A stretch of 64,000 bases of DNA from a virus. Positions 29,892 to 38,508 of the stretch are shown here, one piece after another. Position numbers and translations under genes: made by a program. The notes under the pieces were generated by a model. That model had not been told where the DNA came from and searched no databases. It worked only from the letters and a program-made list of their open reading frames with translations. The first letter of the stretch is position 1, and the number at the start of each line of letters is the position of its first letter. Where the stretch lies: positions 2,893 through 66,892 of IMG/VR virus record IMGVR_UViG_3300034101_005796. The stretch is one strand, 5' to 3'.

Positions 29892-30928
29892 AGATACTTC
29901 CGCACCTCCCGCACAATCCGCTCCGGTTCGATCTGCCCCAACGCCTCGCACTTGCCGGTGATCGAACACGGACCATCCGGCGGATACGGGCCGCCCCGTC
30001 CGTGCCAGTAGCACGGCGCGCAACGCAACACTCCCGTCAAAGCCCGCACTGTCGGCGCATACGCCGTGCGCGCCTGCCACGGGAACGGCCCGTAGAGAGC
30101 GATGGTCGGCAACCGCAACGCCCCCGCCAGATGCGCGATGGCGCTATCCGGCGCCAGCACCACCTCGCACTGCTCCAAGACCGCCGCCGATTGACCGAAC
30201 AGATCGGCCTGTGACGCCACATTCAAAATCAACGGATGGTTCGCCTCCAACTGCACCGTCCCCGGCGCCCCGAACAACGCAATCTCCGTATCTCCCTTCT
30301 CCAGCAATCGCCGGATCACCTCCACCAACAACTCCTTCGGATACGTCCGCGCGGGACTCGATGCCATCAACTGCACGCCGACCCGCTTGCCTTTCTTCGG
30401 AAACTCCAACTCCGCCCACGCCCGATCTTCGTCCCGCACGGCAAAGCTGACCTCCTTGCCCTCGGTCAATTCCACCTTCGCCGCCTCGGCAAATAAATCC
30501 ACCGCATGAATTTCCGGCTTTTCCGCAAACTCGATCACCCCCTCCAACCAGATTTCCCGATCATACGGCATGACCTCCGCCAACGGCATCGGATACGGGC
30601 GCCACTCCACAGGAACCCCCGACAACGCCTCGCGGTATTTCGCATGACAGCACACCGTTACGTTCTTTCCCGCCGCCACCAACGTCCGCAAAAGCGGCGT
30701 CAAAAACAAAATGTCTCCAAACCCCCCACTGCGCGTTACCAAGACCGTCTCCGCGTCTTTCAAATCTCTCATCTCCAATTCCAAATCTCTGTCTCGCATC
30801 CGCCCGACTAACCCCATCATCAGCAAATGCCCAAGGGTCGGATCCTCGACCACATAGGACTCCCCGCCCCGAAACTTCAGCCCGTGCGCCTCATAGTCCC
30901 GCAGCACTGTAACGATCCGACCATTCAT
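29888..30928 (-). CDS. Glycosyltransferase family 9 (heptosyltransferase-like)
   Basis: GFGDILFLTPLLR, VLAPDSAIAHLAGAL..PTIALYGP and CAPC motifs. Confidence 0.9.
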   Translation of the reverse strand: MNGRIVTVLRDYEAHGLKFRGGESYVVEDPTLGHLLMMGLVGRMRDRDLELEMRDLKDAETVLVTRSGGFGDILFLTPLLRTLVAAGKNVTVCCHAKYREALSGVPVEWRPYPMPLAEVMPYDREIWLEGVIEFAEKPEIHAVDLFAEAAKVELTEGKEVSFAVRDEDRAWAELEFPKKGKRVGVQLMASSPARTYPKELLVEVIRRLLEKGDTEIALFGAPGTVQLEANHPLILNVASQADLFGQSAAVLEQCEVVLAPDSAIAHLAGALRLPTIALYGPFPWQARTAYAPTVRALTGVLRCAPCYWHGRGGPYPPDGPCSITGKCEALGQIEPERIVREVRKYL

Positions 30929-31167
30929 AGACGTTTGCTCCTCTGCCATACGTGAATCTGGCGCTCCGCGTTCTCTGAATACCCCAGATACCGCCCACTC
31001 CGGTCGGCATCCACGACTACCGAACGCAACAACTCCGCCTCCCGCTCGGCATACGGCCCCGCCAGCATCGTATAACCCTGCCGCCGCAGTTCCTTCGGAT
31101 CCTGCACCCGCAAATGCGTCCACAGCTTGTCGGCGGACGGCAAGGGTAGCTCTTTCGCAGGCGCCAT
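30925..31167 (-). CDS. Hypothetical protein
   Basis: MAPAKELPLP...; coupled ORF. Confidence 0.5.
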   Translation of the reverse strand: MAPAKELPLPSADKLWTHLRVQDPKELRRQGYTMLAGPYAEREAELLRSVVVDADRSGRYLGYSENAERQIHVWQRSKRL

Positions 31168-31280
31168 CACGATGCGCACCCCCTCACCAGCATGATGATC
31201 GCCGCCAGCACACCCCAGAACGCCAGCAGATACACCAGCGCGACCAGCAGAATTAGCCGTTTCTGCCATGCCCGTGTCAT
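31167..31280 (-). CDS. 37-aa single-transmembrane protein
   Basis: Not in ORF track; manual translation MTRAWQKRLILLVALVYLLAFWGVLAAIIMLVRGCAS, overlapping both neighbours' stop/start codons. Confidence 0.55.
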   Translation of the reverse strand: MTRAWQKRLILLVALVYLLAFWGVLAAIIMLVRGCAS

Positions 31281-31537
31281 TTGCCGCGCTCCTCCTTCGC
31301 CGCCTCCATCAAAGTCGCCAGATGCAGCGCCCCCTCGACCAGCTCCGAGAGCGTTGTCTCCGCGCTCTCCCGCACCAACAGCCCGGTCAAAGCCGCAGCC
31401 GCAAACGTGTCAAACGCCGTGGCTCGGCGCCGCGAACGCCGCTGGCCTTGCCACCACGGACGGTAATTCGCCGCCGCTGGAATCTCGCTGCTTGCCGCTT
31501 GCGCGGCCCGTTTGGTTGTCTTTTTTCTTGTGGTCAT
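31277..31537 (-). CDS. Hypothetical protein
   Basis: DTFAAAALTGLL motif common in small phage proteins. Confidence 0.6.
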   Translation of the reverse strand: MTTRKKTTKRAAQAASSEIPAAANYRPWWQGQRRSRRRATAFDTFAAAALTGLLVRESAETTLSELVEGALHLATLMEAAKEERGK

Positions 31538-31548
31538 CGTCCTTGGAG

Positions 31549-31823
31549 TGGGGCCATTTCGGTAGACTTTTTAGTTCACCCCGCAGCACTCGATTTTCGG
31601 AACCACCATCACGGTGAAACAGACCCGCCCCGATTCCTTGGACGGGGCGCAGACCAACCCTTCCTGATCCAGACTTACAGAGAGAGTGACCGCTTCGGGG
31701 ATGCTCAGACACGCCACCGCCGACTCCGTTTGCCCGACCGCCGCCAGCACTTCCCGCAACACCCCCTGCACGTAATTATGAACCGTCATACCCTTGCGCT
31801 GGGGCCATTTCGGTAGACTTTTT
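31549..31823. repeat. 24-bp exact direct repeat TGGGGCCATTTCGGTAGACTTTTT (31549-31572, 31800-31823)
   Basis: Read directly; each copy lies 10-11 bp upstream of a minus-strand ATG. Confidence 0.9.
31571..31789 (-). CDS. Hypothetical protein
   Basis: 72-aa ORF between the 24-bp repeats. Confidence 0.55.
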   Translation of the reverse strand: MTVHNYVQGVLREVLAAVGQTESAVACLSIPEAVTLSVSLDQEGLVCAPSKESGRVCFTVMVVPKIECCGVN

Positions 31824-31837
31824 TACCGGACGGCGCC

Positions 31838-31865
31838 TTGACTTGCTACCTTTGCGCGTTAGCTT
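31838..31865 (+). promoter_or_regulatory. Putative sigma70 promoter (leaderless) for 31872 regulator
   Basis: TTGACT-16 bp-TAGCTT with ATG 6 nt downstream. Confidence 0.5.
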
Positions 31866-31871
31866 TTCCGC

Positions 31872-32090
31872 ATGACCAAACCCACCCCCCGGACGGACGC
31901 CCTCATGCGCAAGCTCGACCGGCTCCTCAAGACCGAACGCGGCCTCACCACCCAACTGGCCCGCTACCTCCGGCCCGACAACCCCCGATCCGCCACCATC
32001 CGCATCTGCGAATACGTCGGACGGCGCAAAACCCCGAACGGCGAAACCCTCCTGGCCATCGTCGAATGGATGGACGGACGGCGCTCCTGA
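31872..32090 (+). CDS. Small HTH-like transcriptional regulator
   Basis: GLTTQLARYL...ICEYV.RRKTPNGETLLAI, Cro/cI-like; at the divergence point; followed by a T-tract. Confidence 0.65.
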   Translation: MTKPTPRTDALMRKLDRLLKTERGLTTQLARYLRPDNPRSATIRICEYVGRRKTPNGETLLAIVEWMDGRRS

Positions 32091-32147
32091 CCCCGTTTTT
32101 TTTTGGTTGGACGGAGTTATTTTTACTTATTCATAAGTAAGATTCCG

Positions 32148-32350
32148 GCGCGCGTTGCTTGGGATGCGCGCAATCCCTAAAGGGTGAGCATCACCAGAGC
32201 GTGCGCGCGCTTTTGTAAGCGTGCGCGCGTTGCTTGGGATGCGCGCAATCCCTAAAGGGTGAAGCATCACCAGAGCGTGCGCGCGCTTTTGTAAGCGTGC
32301 GCGCGTTGCTTGGGATGCGCGCAATCCCTAAAGGGTGAAGCAACGCGCGC
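32148..32350. repeat. ~2.7 tandem copies of a 75-76-bp structured unit
   Basis: Units start at 32148, 32223 and 32299; nearly identical (1-nt indel); the last copy closes a 13-bp perfect inverted repeat. Confidence 0.95.
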
Positions 32351-32401
32351 GCATTTTTGCGCTTGCGCGTTGCTACGCTTTCGCGTAGTCTTTTCTTTGC
32401 T

Positions 32402-33391
32402 ATGGTAACAGAGCAAACGACAACGAAACGCGCCGCTAATGGCGCCCGCGCCGGACGTAAATCCGGCAACGCATGGGAATTGATCACGCGCGAATCCGCG
32501 CGCGACCGCGCCGCATTTATTCGCGGCGCCATGCGGAAAGTGAAACTCAACAACGCCCCGCGCGCCGCGCGCGATTTCACGCACGGCGGAGCCGTGCCGC
32601 ATCTTATTGGCTTGGATGACATAGCCGGAAAGGTCGCGCATCGCGCGACAACGCGCGCGGAGGCGAACCGCATCACGCTTCCTTTCGCGGAGGCGAAAGA
32701 GGAAGCGCGCGGCGCGGCGGCGGAAATCGTCGCGGCGCTTTGCGCGCCGGAAGGTGACGAAAAGGTCACGGAGGCGGCGCGCGAAACGCTCGCGCGCTTC
32801 AAAGTCTCGCCGGATGCCGCGCCGCATGGCGCCGCATTTCTTGGGGCGGCGCGCGCGGTGGATCGCATGGGGCGGAAGATGTCGCATGGCGACACGTTGC
32901 CGGAAGACTACGCGCATGGCGCGGAATCCCGCGACGACCTGCCGGAAGCGGCGCGCGCTTTCGCGCTTCGCGGCGCCTATGACAAGGCGCGCGCGCTCGT
33001 GCGGCGCGCGTTTCTCGTGCATGGCTGCCACGTTCGCACGATTCAAGAGACGCGCAAAGGGCGCGCGATAGGCGGCGCGCTTCGTAAAGAGCGCGCGGCA
33101 CTCCGCCGCGATTTGCGCTTTGTCCGCCGCGCCTTTGCCTATAAGCGCGCGGTGATCACCTCCGGCGCGCCCTCTGGTCGCATCGCGTTCACGCTTCGCA
33201 TCGCCTCTGGCGTCTCGCCGGAAGGGAGCGGCGCGAAGGTTCGCGGCGATTGGAGCCTCCGCGACAAGGGCGGAAAGGGCGCGCCGCGCCGCGCGCGCGC
33301 CGCTTGGGCGAATATGCTCCGCGACTACCGAGCCACGGCGGCACGCTTGAATCTGCCCGAATTGGTCGCGGCGGATTTGCTCCGCGCCTAA
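32402..33391 (+). CDS. Arg/Ala-rich hypothetical protein (start uncertain)
   Basis: Long ORF ending just before a strong terminator; atypical GCGC-rich composition. Confidence 0.6.
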   Translation: MVTEQTTTKRAANGARAGRKSGNAWELITRESARDRAAFIRGAMRKVKLNNAPRAARDFTHGGAVPHLIGLDDIAGKVAHRATTRAEANRITLPFAEAKEEARGAAAEIVAALCAPEGDEKVTEAARETLARFKVSPDAAPHGAAFLGAARAVDRMGRKMSHGDTLPEDYAHGAESRDDLPEAARAFALRGAYDKARALVRRAFLVHGCHVRTIQETRKGRAIGGALRKERAALRRDLRFVRRAFAYKRAVITSGAPSGRIAFTLRIASGVSPEGSGAKVRGDWSLRDKGGKGAPRRARAAWANMLRDYRATAARLNLPELVAADLLRA

Positions 33392-33399
33392 CTCACAGA

Positions 33400-33430
33400 G
33401 GGCGCGCGGGATTTTCCCGCGCGCCCTTTT
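33400..33430 (+). terminator. Intrinsic terminator
   Basis: GGGCGCGCGGGA-TTT-TCCCGCGCGCCC followed by TTTT. Confidence 0.85.
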
Positions 33431-33668
33431 GCTTAATAATTTTCACCGTCCGAGGTTTTTTGTTTCACCGGACTGCCCTGTGGGGCCGTCCGGTGAGGCA
33501 AAAGCCGTCCGCCGGATCGTCTCCGGCGTAATGGCTCCCTTGTCTCTGTCGCGGTCTTGGTTCCCGCCTTTCCCGCGTTCTGTCCGCAACCCATGTGGGT
33601 TGCGGGGTCACGCGACAACCGCGCCGCCCGTGCTTTTGTAAGCACGGCGCGCAATAGGAGGTAACACA

Positions 33669-34427
33669 ATGGCTAAAGCCACCAAGACCTCTCCGACCGC
33701 CGTTCTGCAGGCTTCGGAGATTCAATCCATGCAGCAGGAGCAGCGCGTCGAACTCTTTGTCCAACGTGACAACATCGTCCGCCGCGCGTTCTCCGAACTC
33801 GGCAAGCTCATGACATTCATCGCCCGGCACGTTGCCAAAGGCGAGACTGTCGAACAGGTCTTGTCCGCCGCCGGAGTCCACCGCTCCACGATCAGCAACG
33901 CGAAGTTCGCCGCCGATGCTTTCGCCTTCGTCGAAGACGGAACCATCTCGGAAGCGCGCTACGACACGCTGACGTTCACCGAGTGCCGCGCCATCCGCAA
34001 GTTCCGGTCGATGGACACACTCAAGGCTGTCCTCAAGGCCAAAAACTACCGCGAGGAACTTGAGTGCGTCGCCGACAATGGCTGCACGATCGCCGAGCAC
34101 AAGCAGCGCGAAGCCGACAAGGCCGCGCTGATCGACAAGGCCAACTCCGCCGAGTCGACCACCGAGACCGCGACCGCCGAGACTCCAACCGAGTCCGGCA
34201 AAACCGAGAAGTCCGGCAAGAAGGGCAAAGCCGATGTTCCCGCGAACGTCGTCAAACTGCCCGCCGCCGAAGGCATCTCCCAAGCCGACCTTGTGTCCGC
34301 CGCGATGGCGCACATCAAAGGCTTGAACGAGATCCTGCCGCGACTCCAGGATGCCACGCCCGTCATGGATGCCCTGCGCTCCATCGTCGAAGGCACCGGC
34401 TCCAAAAAGGCCAAAAAAGCTGCCTAA
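33669..34427 (+). CDS. Early hypothetical protein with Lys-rich tail
   Basis: 252 aa, AGGAGG SD, followed by terminator. Confidence 0.85.
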   Translation: MAKATKTSPTAVLQASEIQSMQQEQRVELFVQRDNIVRRAFSELGKLMTFIARHVAKGETVEQVLSAAGVHRSTISNAKFAADAFAFVEDGTISEARYDTLTFTECRAIRKFRSMDTLKAVLKAKNYREELECVADNGCTIAEHKQREADKAALIDKANSAESTTETATAETPTESGKTEKSGKKGKADVPANVVKLPAAEGISQADLVSAAMAHIKGLNEILPRLQDATPVMDALRSIVEGTGSKKAKKAA

Positions 34428-34453
34428 CCGCGCCGTCCACTACGCCGCGACCC

Positions 34454-34497
34454 GAGGCACGGGGGGAACGCCAACCCCCGTGCCTCCCACTTTTTTT
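34454..34497 (+). terminator. Intrinsic terminator
   Basis: GAGGCACGGGGG/CCCCCGTGCCTC stem then T7. Confidence 0.75.
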
Positions 34498-34857
34498 CAC
34501 GGCGCCGTCCGTGATTTTCCCTTTCCTCGCTGAAAAGGTGGGACGCCACCAATATCGGAAGCCTCGTCGAACAAGCGCGCGCGTGTTCGGAGGATTACCC
34601 GACGAGGAACACACTTTTGACACGGCTCCGTCCGTGGATTTCGCCGGTAACCCCGGCCACATTTCCTGCGTTCCACCATCTACGCAGAACAAATGTGCAT
34701 GGGCCGCGCCAATCGGCGCGTTTGCACAGGGCCATCCTCCGGTGGGGGAGGATGGCCCACCTCTTTTGTCACCCCCGTCAGGCATTTCCCCGACTTTTGT
34801 AAGTCCGTTTGTTCTCGCGGGCTTATCTCCACGTAGAGAACGCAACCATCCAACACT

Positions 34858-35058
34858 ATGAGCAAACACTCGTTCCTCACTTCGTCACTCACTCCCCAAG
34901 TGCTTGTCGAAGGCCAGCCCGTGTCGGCCAAAGCCATGCAGTATTCCACGGGTTCCGTCGGCTACAACCTCAACGGCAAAATCACTCTGCCCAACGGCAT
35001 CCGCCTCCAAGTCTCCGGCAATGCCGTCGTTATCGGCAGCAAGGAGTGGTCGGCCTGA
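34858..35058 (+). CDS. Small beta-rich conserved hypothetical protein
   Basis: YSTGSVGY..NGK...QVSGN..VIGSK motif. Confidence 0.7.
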   Translation: MSKHSFLTSSLTPQVLVEGQPVSAKAMQYSTGSVGYNLNGKITLPNGIRLQVSGNAVVIGSKEWSA

Positions 35059-35564
35059 TCTTGCGGGACGGGGCGGCGCGCTGAAGCGCGAATAATACCA
35101 ACGCCCCGTCCCCTCCTCTTTTTATGAAACCCATCCGTATCGTCCTGCACGTGGCCGTCTTGCTAATCAAGCCGAGCACGTGGAAATTCCAGCTCGCGGG
35201 CATTTACCGCGAGTTTCACCCGTGACGGCCATACCCGTCCGGATTCCCTCACCCTCGGTCTTCACGCTTCGCCGCGTGTTGAACGAGCGGATCTGCCACC
35301 TTTGGCCCGTGCGCCATAGCCGCGACCGCAACAAGCGCGACTATGCCCGGGAAACCATCCGCCAGTTTGTCGGAATCATCCGCCAACTGTCCTGATTCAT
35401 CCGCCAACAACCCAAAATCACCCGCTAACTATGAAATTCCGTCCCTACAACCTCGCCCGTCTCGTCACCGCCAAAGCCCTGCGCCCCCTGCCCAAGTCCG
35501 AGCGCAAGCGCCGTCCCTACCGCCCCCTCACGTGGCAACCCTTCCGTATCCTGCTCGTAGGTAT

Positions 35565-35798
35565 ATGAAATACGAATTCTGCAGCACCGCCATCGGCTAC
35601 TGGACGCGCACGCGCACCATCGAAGCCGAATCGCTCGATGAAGCGCGCCGCAAACTCGACCATGATGATGAGACAGTCGAATACGAAGACGACTTGGAAT
35701 CAGCCGAATGCACCAGCGAGCAACTGACCGCCATCTGTGCCGATGGAAAAACGCACTTCATCGGACACGAGGGCAACGTAGTCGCCACCATTCCATGA
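35565..35798 (+). CDS. Acidic hypothetical protein
   Basis: MKYEFCST...TIEAESLDEAR motif; coupled ORF. Confidence 0.6.
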   Translation: MKYEFCSTAIGYWTRTRTIEAESLDEARRKLDHDDETVEYEDDLESAECTSEQLTAICADGKTHFIGHEGNVVATIP

Positions 35799-35974
35799 AA
35801 CGCGTTCTGCCCCCCGCGCCTTTCGTGCGCAACAGCCACGGCGACAATCTCTGGCCTGCCGAAGTCTATATGCGCCTCTGGGCGCCACCGGAGCCGCGGC
35901 GCCTCAACGCCTTCCAGCGTTGGCTCCGGCGCCGCCGCATCAGCCGTCTGAGATTTCAAATTTCAAATCCATGA
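35795..35974 (+). CDS. Hypothetical protein
   Basis: ATGA-coupled on both sides. Confidence 0.5.
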   Translation: MKRVLPPAPFVRNSHGDNLWPAEVYMRLWAPPEPRRLNAFQRWLRRRRISRLRFQISNP

Positions 35975-36327
35975 CAACATTCACCGACATCGAAGTAGTC
36001 AAAGACAACATTCGGCTCGTGTGGGAACACATCGGCGAAGGGTGGAACGGCGACTACAATGCCGAAGATCCCAATGACAAGCCTCTCCTGCGCTTCTCAA
36101 TCGACTGGCGCAACAACGGCGATTGGGAAGGACTCGATGATGCTTCTTACTGCACGGGGCTACCCACCGACACCAGTCCCACCACGCTGCGCGAGTATGC
36201 CGATAGCATCATAGCCAGCTTGAGCAGCACCAAAGAACAACCAACCGGACACAAACGCACCTTGGAGCGTTGGTCTTGGGTTGGGATTGAGGATGCCAAC
36301 CTCCCCCAAGCCACCAACAACTCATGA
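35971..36327 (+). CDS. Acidic hypothetical protein
   Basis: IGEGWNGDYNAEDPNDKPLLRF motif. Confidence 0.65.
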   Translation: MTTFTDIEVVKDNIRLVWEHIGEGWNGDYNAEDPNDKPLLRFSIDWRNNGDWEGLDDASYCTGLPTDTSPTTLREYADSIIASLSSTKEQPTGHKRTLERWSWVGIEDANLPQATNNS

Positions 36328-36575
36328 CCTGCCCTTCCTGCGCTCGCCGCATGGAGCAAGGCCGCGCCGACCTCGGCTTGGCCCTGTGCCTCTCCTGCGC
36401 CCAAACCCGCCCCGTCACCCGCTATCGCGGCGCCATGATCTACGGACACAAGACTGCCGGTGCCGTCTGCCTCATGTCGCCTGACGAATTTTCCCGCTAC
36501 AAAAAACTCACCAACCGAAAAGGACAATCCAGCGTCCTGCGCAACGTGCTGGTCGCCGCCGGACGCGCCTTATGA
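36324..36575 (+). CDS. TraR/DksA-like Zn-finger protein
   Basis: CPSC...R...L...LCLSCA pattern. Confidence 0.6.
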   Translation: MTCPSCARRMEQGRADLGLALCLSCAQTRPVTRYRGAMIYGHKTAGAVCLMSPDEFSRYKKLTNRKGQSSVLRNVLVAAGRAL

Positions 36576-36579
36576 ATTT

Positions 36580-36738
36580 ATGGAAAACGCAACCCAAAAG
36601 CTATTGAGCGAGCTATACGCTGCCCTCTCCGTGATCGTCTTGACCAAAGGCATCCGACATTTCCTTCAGGAACACGATCCCAAAGCGTGGCAGCAGTGCA
36701 ACAAGGCGCGCAACGCCTACTTGACCCGCCACCAATGA
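36580..36738 (+). CDS. Hypothetical protein
   Basis: MENATQKLL...; short coupled ORF. Confidence 0.5.
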   Translation: MENATQKLLSELYAALSVIVLTKGIRHFLQEHDPKAWQQCNKARNAYLTRHQ

Positions 36739-36956
36739 AAGTCACCCGCGCCATCCGCGACAGCCTGCTCGCCATCGTGGACGATCAGCCGATCTCCCTC
36801 AGAGCGCCGTCCCGCTTTTTCACCATCAAGCGCCTGCAATTCGCCTTGGACTACCAAGGTTATTACGCCGGTTGCCGCTACCGCTATTACCCCGACCTCT
36901 TGCCCTCCGGCCAATTCCGTGGCTGGCGCCTCCAAGAACGGGTTTTCGGTAAGTAG
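36735..36956 (+). CDS. Hypothetical protein
   Basis: MKVTRAIRD...; ATGA-coupled. Confidence 0.5.
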   Translation: MKVTRAIRDSLLAIVDDQPISLRAPSRFFTIKRLQFALDYQGYYAGCRYRYYPDLLPSGQFRGWRLQERVFGK

Positions 36957-37047
36957 TCACCCGCTCCAGATCCAGCCCCGACTTTTGTAAGTCCGCTCGC
37001 GTTCGCGGCTTACCCCGTTGTTTTCCGAACGCGCTTTCCACAAACAC

Positions 37048-37923
37048 ATGATCGACACCATCGCCTCAAAGGTGCTCGTCGTTAAGCCGACCATTTCCAT
37101 GGTGGGCAAATCCGTAACTGACGAGAATATCACCACCGAAGTGCAGTCCGAGCACAGCATCGGACGCGACGGCGGCGCTTGGGTAAAGAAGCTCTACCCG
37201 TCCAAAGACGGCAAGCCTTCGCCCCTCGCCGCCATCCAAAGTATCGTCACCCAAGCCCGCAAGTTCCACGGGATGCAGACATTGCGCTCCTCCTTCGGCG
37301 ACTTGCTGCCCTCCGTGGCCTACTCCGACTACAACGCCCGCATGGAGGACTACCGCCGCAAGTTCGACGACGAAGCCGACTACTTTGCCGTCCGCTTCCC
37401 GCAGATCCTCGCCGAGTGCGCCGAAGTGCTCAACGGCACCTTCGACCGCGCCAACTACCCAAGCGAACACAACGTCCGCTCACGCTTCAGCTTCTCCTTG
37501 GCCACCGCGCCGCTGCCCCGCAGCTCGGACATGCTGGTGAAATACCTCGGCCAAGAGCAAACCGCCGCCGTCCAGGCTAACCTCGCCCGTCAGGTTGAGA
37601 TCGCCGCCCAAAACGGCGTCAAACAGGCCATGGAACGCGTGCTTACACAGGTCGCCCACATCACCGATGTCCTGACTCGTCCCAGCACGAAAATCTACGA
37701 CAGCCTCATCGAAAACCTCGCGGAACTGCTCAAGCTCGTTCCGGCCTTTAACCTGACCAACGACCCGACCCTTGCCAGCCTCGTCCATCGCTGCCAATCC
37801 GACTTGCTCGTTGCCCCCGACATCCTCCGCGAAAGCGCCGTCAACCGCAATATCATCGCCAACAAAGGCAAAATCATCGCCGACACCTTCGGCGGTCTTG
37901 GCAACCGCAAGCTCGCGGCATGA
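37048..37923 (+). CDS. DUF3150-like helical protein
   Basis: ~291 aa; F...YP....VRSRFSF and SLIENL..L...FNLTNDP motifs; leads the AAA cluster. Confidence 0.6.
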   Translation: MIDTIASKVLVVKPTISMVGKSVTDENITTEVQSEHSIGRDGGAWVKKLYPSKDGKPSPLAAIQSIVTQARKFHGMQTLRSSFGDLLPSVAYSDYNARMEDYRRKFDDEADYFAVRFPQILAECAEVLNGTFDRANYPSEHNVRSRFSFSLATAPLPRSSDMLVKYLGQEQTAAVQANLARQVEIAAQNGVKQAMERVLTQVAHITDVLTRPSTKIYDSLIENLAELLKLVPAFNLTNDPTLASLVHRCQSDLLVAPDILRESAVNRNIIANKGKIIADTFGGLGNRKLAA

Positions 37924-38070
37924 ATTGCATCATCCGGCGACTTCTGCAGGAAGCCGACCTTCTTCTCACTGACGGCGACTCGCTGGAAAGCCTCGCCGTT
38001 CAGTGGGGCGAAGACGATTCCACCTACCTCTGGGCCTCGCAAGTGCGCGCCCTTCTTCACCAAACCTCTT

Positions 38071-38508
38071 ATGTCACACGTAGCCAAAATCCAACTTCAG
38101 ATCACCGACCTTGACGCCCTCGGCGCGGCCTGCCGCGAACTCGGCCTCACCCTCGTCCGTGACCAGAAATCCTACAACTGGTTCGGCACCCATGTCGGCG
38201 ACTATCCGTTGCCGCAAGGTTTCACCCAGCACGACCTCGGCCATTGCCAACACGCCATCAAAGTCCCCGGCACCACTTGGGAAATCGGCGTGGCCCGTGC
38301 CCGTGGTCACAACCACTACACCCTGCTCTTCGACTTCTACGGCGCCCAAGGCCGACCGATCAGCAACGCCATCGGCGGCAACGAAGGAACCAAACTCAAA
38401 CGGGCCTACGCCACCCAAGCCGCCATCCAACAGGCCAAGAAGCAAGGCTGGACCTACACCCGCCGCGACCTCAACGGCAAAACCAAACTCACCATCAATG
38501 TCCCATAG
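38071..38508 (+). CDS. DUF1257 (Ycf35-like) protein
   Basis: MSHVAKIQLQITDLDAL..AC.ELG start; EIGV, D.Y, L..AYA and A.KQGW motifs. Confidence 0.8.
   Translation: MSHVAKIQLQITDLDALGAACRELGLTLVRDQKSYNWFGTHVGDYPLPQGFTQHDLGHCQHAIKVPGTTWEIGVARARGHNHYTLLFDFYGAQGRPISNAIGGNEGTKLKRAYATQAAIQQAKKQGWTYTRRDLNGKTKLTINVP

Noticed and set aside
32148-32350. CRISPR array
   Set aside because: Intervening segments are identical rather than unique spacers, and no cas genes are present; it is a tandem repeat.
32191-33046. Minus-strand ORFs with repeated peptides
   Set aside because: The peptide repeats just translate the DNA tandem array; the plus-strand ORF with its terminator is more plausible.
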